DNA of 63,757 nucleotides, counting the filler, from Collodictyon triciliatum (Eukaryota), in the NCBI GenBank assembly GCA_043381765.1. It is 42 parts of 42 records of this genome, joined end to end, with 100 filler letters (N's around TTAATTAATTAA, not from the genome) between each part and the next. Parts side by side here need not be neighbours in the genome. Positions count along the whole stretch, not along the records: positions 53,264 to 54,679 come from JBHJMP010011147.1; positions 54,780 to 56,194 come from JBHJMP010011148.1; positions 56,295 to 57,708 come from JBHJMP010011149.1; positions 57,809 to 59,222 come from JBHJMP010011150.1; positions 59,323 to 60,735 come from JBHJMP010011151.1; positions 60,836 to 62,245 come from JBHJMP010011152.1; positions 62,346 to 63,757 come from JBHJMP010011153.1; 35 more parts are not named here. The stretch is one strand, 5' to 3'. This document shows positions 54,410 to 63,757 of this stretch, one piece after another (within the stretch, counting starts at the first letter, position 1; the number at the start of each line of letters is the position of its first letter). Both the position numbers and the translations under genes were made by a program. The notes below the pieces were generated by a model. The model did no database searches and had not been told where the DNA came from. It worked only from the letters and a program-made list of their open reading frames with translations.

Positions 54410-55841
54410 CTATGTATGTTGTTGATTAGGACCAGCTTATTCAAAAATTTTACACATCTAATCTAGACTAAGCTTGAAATATATCACATCACATTACTAG
54501 TTGATTTCTCTTCTTTCAGTAATGCATTACAATAGAGCTTTATTTTACGAGTTAATCATTCATAACCTCTTCCGAAATATAATAAAGAATAAAGAATAAA
54601 GAATAAAGAATAAAGAATAAAGAATAAAGAATAAAGAATAAAGAATAAAGAATAAAGAATAAAGAATAAAGAATAAAGANNNNNNNNNNNNNNNNNNNNN
54701 NNNNNNNNNNNNNNNNNNNNNNNTTAATTAATTAANNNNNNNNNNNNNNNNNNNNNNNNNNNNNNNNNNNNNNNNNNNNCATGGTTAACACCGCCACAAA
54801 TACTAACAGAACGAGCTGTCAAGTACAGAAAGACAATATCGACCCTTTTAAACCCAACCACCCGGAGCTATGGAAGAATAAGCATCGCTCAAGCAAGAAG
54901 CAACTCATACAAGAGCTTCCCAAAAAGAGCTGACGGGTTATTAGAGACGCGCCTCACACTTAAACAATCTGGACAAGCAATTCAAGGTGCAATAATATGA
55001 AGTCAGAATTATATATATTTTTCATGCAAAATGCAAGTTTACTTTTTCATTCGAATAGTACTAATATACAAGGATAATTCCTAACGAAGATTATCTTTCA
55101 TGATTTATCTGTTAATGCAAGGCACGTATGGAAAAAAACGCTTACGTTGAATGGAAGGCAAGCACCTAAGCCATGCAAAACTTAAGCGGTGGTGGTTTGG
55201 TATTTTTTTATCCCACGTAAAGCCTTCACGATGAAAATCTCAGGCTATAATTAACGGAGAGTAGTCCATGAGTATCGGTATTATAATTTTATTTTGTTTG
55301 TGAATTTTTCATCCTGTGGGAACATACTAACCACCGCATATAGTTTGAGACATTTGCACAATTTCGAATAGATTCAAAGGAATTATATCAACTTGACCTG
55401 GAAGAATATCAATCTATTACGCAGACTTGCATACATCACATTTGTTGTATTATACGAAGTATTTAGCATTAAGAGAATGTTTAGTGGCTGTATGATGCAT
55501 AAGCAAATCACATCCACATTATTTGCAACAAAAAGAAAGCAATTAAAATATAGAATTCATTTCATGTCGAGATATATTTGTATTCACGAATAGTTTATTT
55601 CAAAATAAATAAGAAAAAAATATTAAGAGTTGATAATATTGAGCTATGAGCTTTGATACAATATAACCTTGTCAGCCTATTGAAATTATCCAAAACGCAT
55701 TCAAAATATGAATCGATAAATAAAACAATTTCCATTCATGAAAAAGTAGAATAACTTCATTGATAATTGGCATATATTATAACCGATGTAAGCGATGTTT
55801 TTTTTATGCAACACACACGAAGGAATAGGAATATCCGAAAC

Positions 55842-56125
55842 ATGTCTGCAACCGAAACAAGCACCGAGGCCAACGTCAGCCTTGTCACCATTGACGAGGT
55901 CTATACAAATAGATGCATATTCATCAAGAAATATTTCATATATCGAAGAAGATTGATAACTTAATTTGGCAACTGAGCACAGGCTGTCCTTGAATGGGTG
56001 AACCACCACCTGGGAAAAATCGAGCTCAAGGCGAAGAACATCCGCGATGACTTAATGGACGGGTTCTTTTTGGCCATGCTGATTGAGGCGGTTACCGGAA
56101 AGTCCTTGGGAAGCTACCATTCCCG
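55842..56125 (+). CDS. Calponin-homology (CH) domain protein, N-terminal exons
   Basis: AVLEWVNHHL..NIRDDLMDGFFLAMLIEAVTGKSL. Confidence 0.8.
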
Positions 56126-56392
56126 CTTGTTTGCGTATGATTTATTTACTATATTCAAATATTTATTGTTTATTTCTTTCTTGGATTGGTATTTNNNNNN
56201 NNNNNNNNNNNNNNNNNNNNNNNNNNNNNNNNNNNNNNTTAATTAATTAANNNNNNNNNNNNNNNNNNNNNNNNNNNNNNNNNNNNNNNNNNNNATGTAT
56301 GTATGTATGTATGTATGTATGTATGTATGTATGTATGTATGTATGTATGTATGTATGTATGTATGTATGTATGTATGTATGTATGTATGTAG

Positions 56393-57469
56393 CAAAACTC
56401 CATTTGTCGATTATACATCACTCAAAATATGGATGCATACCGAGTATTTAAGGACACTATTGTCATGGTTTTTTTTTTATTCTTCCTTTCGATTTGTGCA
56501 AGATGGTGGGAATGTTGGTGTGATAGAGACATAGCACTCACCCACGTATTATTACCCATCGCAACCACACCCATCAGAATATGCCTATCGTTGAAAGGCA
56601 TGTCCTACCGTCACCCAAGAAGTCTTTTGGGCGCAGGAAGGAGCAATCTGAGCCCTTGAACGTTCCGAAGGACAAAGTTCTCGAAAGTCATCAAGCCAGT
56701 GCCCCAGATTCGTCAGCCATGAAGGCTCCAACACACCCCACCAGAGGCGGTCGGGTCTCATTGCCCCCGCTTCCCATCTCCGTGGCCGCAACGAGAACAA
56801 CTTTGATATCTGAAACGGCGTCCCTGAAAGGAATTACTTCGCTTCCCCCTCTCGCACTGCCTCTAAGCTCTAGTCCCTGCGATGCATCACACCCAGCATC
56901 ACAAACCCCAGGGGCAATTCAAGGAGCTTCCTTGGTGGCCAATCCAGAACATGAAACTCCTTCCTCGACTGCACATGAGCCGCACAAACCCATCTCAGAG
57001 GCTGCATCGGCTTCTCTGGATACCGCAAAAGCTCAAATGACAGAAAGTCATGTCGCCTCAATCCAGATACCTGCAGATTCGTACACAACTATCGACCTTT
57101 CAAAGTACCGTTTGGAAACCCTCCCAAAGTGCCCCTTGTGTGGGAAGAGTGCACGACCAAGTATATATGTCTCATGAAATGGATGAATTCTTCATCTTAT
57201 TTTCAAAATAGAAGGCTACTACTTTTGTGGTTATTGAGTTGTGTGTCGTAATTTCTTTATTCAATTTATTGATATGAAAGGGTTTATGCCCATGTTAATA
57301 TAGAGTTTATTAATCATGCTTAGGCATATACCTAAACGAAGAAGATTATTTTTGGATTAGCAATCACGCCTGCTGGAAGAATTATTTGTCTTGGATGATT
57401 GAGGTATGTAGGCAATCAAAAGCGAACAAGTGGAAGATTGTAATACTCGAGCTTGGGGCTGACCAAAGG
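56393..57469 (+). CDS. Sirtuin (Sir2)-like protein with a long Ser/Pro-rich insert, partial
   Basis: LPKCPLCGKSARP / SIYLNEEDYFWI..KIVILELGA (intron 57163-57323) resembles Sir2 PxCxxCGxxxRP and ELG motifs; upstream YITQNMDA resembles TQNID. Confidence 0.6.
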
Positions 57470-57917
57470 GTTCGTATTATAGAATTTTAAATAGAACATA
57501 CGGCCTAATTCCCATATTCTCTATTTTCTTTTTTGGAAATATTCTCTTTTTGTCTTAATCTCACCTCATTTTTCTTCTTTTCTCTTCTCTTTCTTCTCTT
57601 TCTTCTTTTTCTTCTCTTTCTTCTCTTTCTTCTCTTTCTTCTCTTTCTTCTCTTTCTTCTCTTTCTTCTCTTTCTTCTCTTTCTTCTCTTTCTTCTCTTT
57701 CTTCTCTTNNNNNNNNNNNNNNNNNNNNNNNNNNNNNNNNNNNNNNNNNNNNTTAATTAATTAANNNNNNNNNNNNNNNNNNNNNNNNNNNNNNNNNNNN
57801 NNNNNNNNAAAGAAAAAAGAAAAGAAAGAAAAGAAAAAAGAAAAAGTAAAAAAAAGAAAAGAAAAAAGAAAAAGAAAAAGAAAAAAAGAAAATATGGAAA
57901 AGATAAAAGATAAAAGA

Positions 57918-58175
57918 TTTTTTTCCCTTTATTCGATTCAAAGTGTAGCGAGGTTATGCCATACAAAGGGGCGGGATGGGAGCGCATGGTAGAACAAACG
58001 TGAGTAAGAGAAGACACAGTGGATATGATAATACTGGAAAATAATCGATAATAACGAGTAAGTCAGGTGGGCGTCCGAAGTGGTTGATTGGATGCGTGGG
58101 TAGCAGGGGTTGGATATACTGTGAGATATCGCACGACACATTCCCATATTTCCCTTCGCTTGCGGTCAGAGTAAC
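57918..58175 (-). mobile_element. 5'-truncated LINE family B copy with complete 3' terminus
   Basis: Reverse complement of 46860-47092, extended to ...cgctacactttgaatcgaataaagggaaaaaaa. Confidence 0.88.
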
Positions 58176-58749
58176 CGGGACGTGCGGGCTTACTTCCAGC
58201 TTTTAACTATCGGCGGGTCAATAATGCCTATAGTTTGGGCTCATCGACTCATTTTCTACAGTATGTAAGGATTCGGACTGGTGATATCATATCGAAACAG
58301 CTTGGAATATGTCATGGTCATCGAGAAAATGCGGAGAGTTGAGTGTGTTTGACCGTCTTTGGTGTAAAAAAAAAAAAGCAACTTAATACCTTCAGTCGTA
58401 CAATGTAGAATCTTTTTTTTTTCCTTTATTCGATTCAAAGTACAATGTAGAATCTTAACTGGTCTGTCTGGTCGGATGGGATGAGCTCGTTGAAAAAAAA
58501 TGTATTTATCCCGCCATTTGCTCAATACCAATTTATTGGATTTCACGTCATAATCGATGCGAGTGTACATTTGGGTTGGAAATCATTTAGTAAGATATTT
58601 TAGTGTTCAGATGTGCGATACAACCCATTCGATTACACCCAAATTCATATTGATAAAAAAACCGACTGATAAAAAAATAAGGCATAGAAAATCCAGAAGA
58701 TATTTTTGATAAATAATCCAAAACATGAAATGAGTGTATAAAATGATAA

Positions 58750-58860
58750 TTAATCGATATATATTTACTTGTGTACCGCCTTGTCCAAGTGATGTCCGTC
58801 CAAATAAAGGCTAGCGAACCAAGGCAACACCGCCCATCCTGCACAAAGTAAAAGCAGCAA
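58750..58860 (+). mobile_element. Old LINE family A 3' remnant
   Basis: tagcgaaccaaggcaacaccgcccatcctgcacaaa resembles the family-A stop and 3' UTR (reverse complement of 43420-43460). Confidence 0.55.
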
Positions 58861-60614
58861 TATATGATAATTAATTACTTATTGAAATTCATTAATTGCA
58901 AATAAATTACATTAACCATAACAATCACTACGAAATATCCGTTAAATTGGGAGGCATGCTGCTACCAACAACACGAAAGGACAATGTCTGAATGAAAATA
59001 CACCCATTCACTTGTATGCATACATATATTGATGTCAGGTCGGAACTAAACATTTAACACCAGGCAAGTTTTTTTTTTTTTTGATTAAAAACAAGTATCA
59101 ATCTGATTTGTTCAACTATTTTTTTAATTTTTCGACAGTCAGCCCCACCCCTCACAAGACTTCTAAGTATCTATGTCCCTCATGCAGCCGCGTCGCTCTT
59201 TTTGTATGTTCTGTCACGCGCANNNNNNNNNNNNNNNNNNNNNNNNNNNNNNNNNNNNNNNNNNNNTTAATTAATTAANNNNNNNNNNNNNNNNNNNNNN
59301 NNNNNNNNNNNNNNNNNNNNNNAATAAAAAACAATAAAAAACAATAAAAAACAATAAAAAACAATAAAAAACAATAAAAAACAATAAAAAACAATAAAAA
59401 ACAATAAAAAACAATAAAAAACAATAAAACAATAAAACAATAAAACAATAAAAAACAATAAAAAAAAACAATAAAAATAGAAAACAACAAAGACGGCATG
59501 TTTCTTTTCTACGAGTCATATATATTTTGTTTGTTTGTTGTGTTGTGTGAGGAAACTATAGGCAAGGTCAATCCATATAGTTGTGCATTTGCCGGTCTGT
59601 CATAGCGGGAGAATGTCTTCTGTGCAATTATACATGACAAACAACGCATAGGCAATCTCGTCAGCGGTGTTCAGCTTCAAGGGGCACAGTCGCACAACAC
59701 CGCTCACACAACTACACAAAGGTCGAAGCAGGTCGACAGAAAAGCCTATAATAATCAACATAAACGCGAGAAGGAGGGTGGATATGAGCATTCTCAACAC
59801 AAGCAAAACACACTTGAGCAGTCTTTCTTTTTTTAATTGATGAGCAGAAATCGCACGAACGAAAGGGTTTTTTTTATTGTGTTTTGCTTCTACTGTTTGG
59901 CTGTGTATCAAAAGTTATAGTCGCTGATGATAGGGAAACAAAACAAAACAAAACAAAAAAGTGTAATACTTCTTAGTTATCAGAATTATAGGCGGAGGAT
60001 ATGAAAAATGATATAAATGGATTGAGAAACACTTCAATAGATAATATTAGATGCAATAGAAGACGCATAACCTTTTTTTTCTTTATATGTATGTCCTAAA
60101 TAATAAGTATATAAGCACATGATAATTGTTCATTTTATTTGTTAAGGTTTAATGACAATCCTGATGACGTCGTGAGAAAGTATGCCATAGTCGACCATAC
60201 ATATGATTACTGGACATATAGGACAGGTTTCCATCTTGCATCATTTTATGCATAATGTTGCATTTGAATATATTCAACAATTAAAGCATACCACCTTTCC
60301 TTTCAATATCATAATTTTTTTGATATATTGCGTTCAATTGCATATGCTGTCAGTTCTGGCTTGAAACATGGAATCATCGTAGATCTATAACTATTTTCTG
60401 TTAAAAGTAGAACCGATGAGGGTGAACGGTTGTCTTTACCAACCTTTTTTTAAAACTTGATTATACAAGCTGACAAACTTTTGCTGGGCAACGAAAAGGA
60501 CTCACAGCCTGTAAAAATTTACTTAATTCATTCATATGTATAAAATCGTGAATGCATAATTATATTATAAATGAAAATAAGGACTGCAATATTGTGAAAA
60601 TCATACCTATCCCC

Positions 60615-60735
<121 letters not shown>

Positions 60736-60835
60736 NNNNNNNNNNNNNNNNNNNNNNNNNNNNNNNNNNNNNNNNNNNNTTAATTAATTAANNNNNNNNN
60801 NNNNNNNNNNNNNNNNNNNNNNNNNNNNNNNNNNN

Positions 60836-60990
60836 TTTAGTTTTAGTTTTAGTTTTAGTTTTAGTTTTAGTTTTAGTTTTAGTTTTAGTTTTAGTTTTAG
60901 TTTTAGTTTTAGTTTTAGTTTTAGTTTTAGTTTTAGTTTTAGTTTTAGTTTTAGCTTTAGTCTTAGTTTTAGTTTTAGTTTTCGTTTTAG
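60836..60990. repeat. (TTTTAG)n microsatellite
   Basis: Hexamer run at a contig end. Confidence 0.95.
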
Positions 60991-61273
60991 TTTCTTTGGA
61001 TTTTCTCTTAATTTTTATTTTAGTGCTTTTGAGTAGACTTTGTGAAGTGAAAGATAGTTGATCACAAGGTCATGCACAGGGTCATATGAATCAGAAGCCT
61101 ATTATGTCCATGAACAATAATGAACTCACTGATTCGTTTCTGCGTCATTTGCTTTATATTTGATGTTTCGATATGTTTTCTTTTCTTTTGTAGCTGTATT
61201 TAGATGCATTTACATATATGTACTGATATTTGCCTCTGATTTGATTGCATTTAATCACTCGTTGTGTGAATAG

Positions 61274-61851
61274 ATGCTCCAGCAGATGGGTCAGTGGACA
61301 AAAGACAATGGACTTGTAGGGGGAGATTGGGAGTTTCTTCGGACAGAGAGCGACATTGATATCTATCACAAACCCAATCACAGCTCACAATTCCGCTCCT
61401 TCAAGGCAAATACGATAATCCCACTTCCTACAGAGGTTTCTTTTAACTCTACTTTTAATGTTTAAAAGAAAAGTATTTCATTTTGTTGTTAGTTTGCCAC
61501 AGAGCAGTGTCCCACCAATAATCTCATCTATATGTGTACTTTCAAACTCACATTCCTGTAAAAGGATATAGTCTCTTTGTTGTGGACATCAGAATTCCGC
61601 CTGCTTTACGATGAATTGATGGAAAGGTATCATTTGCGGCATTGAATGAGAAATATCATTGTGGACATTTTCTTTCAAAATCCCTGGTCGTTTTTCTCAT
61701 GCATTTTGTTTTTTCTTTCTTTTCTTTTCTTTTCTTTTCGCATGATAGCTATAAAAATATTGTAAATATTGACGAAAATTTGCGAATTGAACGGCTGTCG
61801 TTCCGATCTCCCATAATGTTTATCAGAAACCGAGATTTTGTTGCACTTCAG
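61274..61851 (+). CDS. START-domain protein, internal exons
   Basis: GDWEFLRTESDIDIYHK..RSFKANTII / DIVSLLW..RLLYDELM / SPIMFIRNRDFV. Confidence 0.85.
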
Positions 61852-61950
61852 GTACTTTCGCAATTAACACTACGTTTTAAATACCTATTTATTATGGACG
61901 GATGGTGCTCTTTTTTTCTTTTCTATCTTTTTGAAACATGTCCTGCACTG

Positions 61951-62003
<53 letters not shown>

Positions 62004-62345
62004 CAAGTCAATATGCATGTGGCGAATCTTAACACCACATGCAGTGGTATAACTACCTAGATTCTGTATGGTTAAAAACAGCACATAACCTTAGTTTTCA
62101 TTTTCATTTTCATTTTCATTTTCATTTTCATTTTCATTTTCATTTTCATTTTCATTTTCATTTTCATTTTCATTTTCATTTTCATTTTCATTTTCATTTT
62201 CATTTTCATTTTCATTTTCATTTTCATTTTCATTTTCATTTTCATNNNNNNNNNNNNNNNNNNNNNNNNNNNNNNNNNNNNNNNNNNNNTTAATTAATTA
62301 ANNNNNNNNNNNNNNNNNNNNNNNNNNNNNNNNNNNNNNNNNNNN

Positions 62346-62440
<95 letters not shown>

Positions 62441-62555
62441 AAAATAAACAAAAAAAACAAAAAAAAAACAAAAAATACTCAAATCAATAAACAAAACACA
62501 TCAGTGACGTGTTCTCAACCGTAACTCCCCACACCCAGGTAAGCTCGCCGGAGCG

Positions 62556-63440
62556 ATGCTCTCGTCCCAGTGCTCCAACTGCCTCACCACAAACACTCCA
62601 TTGTGGAGGCGCGGTCCAAAAGGGCCGAGTGACCTGTGCAACGCCTGTGGAATCCACTGGGGTCGGCTTGGAATCCATCGACCTTTGGATGGAACGCCCA
62701 GCACAACTTCGATTTGCTATTCCTTTGAGACTCCAGGGAGCAGCACTAGTTATTTGAGCCACTCTTCTGCAGATTGCGAGTCTTTTCCGTCCCCTTCTCA
62801 AAGTCCTGCGTTTCACCCTGGTTCACCAGACACTTCTAGTTCTGTTGACCATCCTCGGAAACTTTCGAAACGCGGTGCACCCGAGCAGAAAAAAAGTGAA
62901 GCAGCCGAGCTAACTTGCAGGCTAGATCCGCTGGAAGGATCGTACCCCACCTCAGACGAAGAGTTTGAACCGCGCAGGAAAAACTCAAAGGCTGACCCGA
63001 TGATTGACTGGGTTATGTGTGATTTTTGCTATAAGTGGAGAAAGCTTCCAAGTTCTGTTCCTAAGTCCTCTATTCCAGACGAGGTAGGAATTACATAATA
63101 TACTGTTTTCTTCCTTGCTTCTTTCCCTAACATTTAAAATTTCTGTGACGCTACATTGTGTTCCATCGAAGACAAGACCCTTTTTTTAAAATGCCTGCGA
63201 GTTGAAAGTATACAATTTTGTTTTCATCTTATCTCCTTTCATCTTCCATAACTATTTGGTCTTTATTTTCCTTAATATTTTATGTCTCCTAATGTAGTCG
63301 ATTGTTGTGATATTAATGGATCCTTCTCCCTTTACAGTGGACATGCAGTATGTTTCCCGTCAAGGAACTCGCGGTATGCTCGTTTCGCAATCCTCCCAGG
63401 GTAACGGCGTCTATATCCACACCAATACCGCCTAAAAAGA
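62556..63440 (+). CDS. GATA zinc-finger protein with a CW-type zinc finger
   Basis: [27 protein letters not shown] (CX2CX18CX2C); [18 protein letters not shown] / WTCSM..AVCS across intron 63083-63337. Confidence 0.88.
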
Positions 63441-63757
63441 GTGAGTCCATGTTCCACCAGCTAAATCTCTGTCTCTTGTCCCTGAATCACCTCTATCTCA
63501 CTGCAACGTCTTCAAAAGCATCGCCTCATTTTCATGCCATAATATCATACAGATAAATAGTATCCGATATACTACCTTCTCGACGGATCAGCATTTCTTA
63601 ATGTTTTAAGCATTGATATGAATTGATCAAAATACAGGCACGAGCCAATTTCACTCGAATCGTCACCAAAGAGAACTTTGTCCTGCTGCACCCAAACCAG
63701 TCTCCATATCCCCACCGAAATCAATACTCCGGGGGAAGTCCGTCAAGGAAACACCCG

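Noticed and set aside
54780-54987. Possible LINE inter-domain fragment
   Set aside because: Composition is LINE-like but there is no diagnostic motif or match within the window.

Overview
This is not a contiguous locus. It is an artificial concatenation of about 42 short contigs (~1.41-1.43 kb each, roughly size-sorted) joined by 100-nt N44-TTAATTAATTAA-N44 spacers, so adjacency across spacers has no biological meaning. The DNA is from an AT-rich, intron-rich, microsatellite-rich microbial eukaryote that appears to use the standard genetic code. It is probably flagellated, because an XRP2 orthologue is present. Recognisable partial genes: LIP5/LIAS, TACO1/YebC, DHX15/PRP43, SERGEF/ATS1-like RCC1 protein, RPP38, FAM50/XAP5, DUF4062 protein, XRP2, Frag1/DRAM-family, two LRR proteins, two START-domain proteins, BAR-PH protein, VAC14, CH-domain protein, a sirtuin-like gene, a GATA+zf-CW protein, a WD40 protein and two Cys-rich surface proteins. 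Mobile DNA comprises fragments of two L1-like non-LTR retrotransposon families (A and B), a Helitron-type 3' end, and an intronless phage/Polinton-virus-type SF3 helicase (candidate endogenous virus). Most notable: (1) recurrent ~20-30 bp insertions of only the LINE-B 3' terminus, flanked by target-site duplications; (2) a C-terminal PCNA-interacting (PIP) box conserved in ORF2 of both LINE families, with a full PIP-degron pattern in family A; (3) a candidate intron made almost entirely of an antisense LINE-A 3' end. All family assignments are from motif recognition by eye, not database searches.
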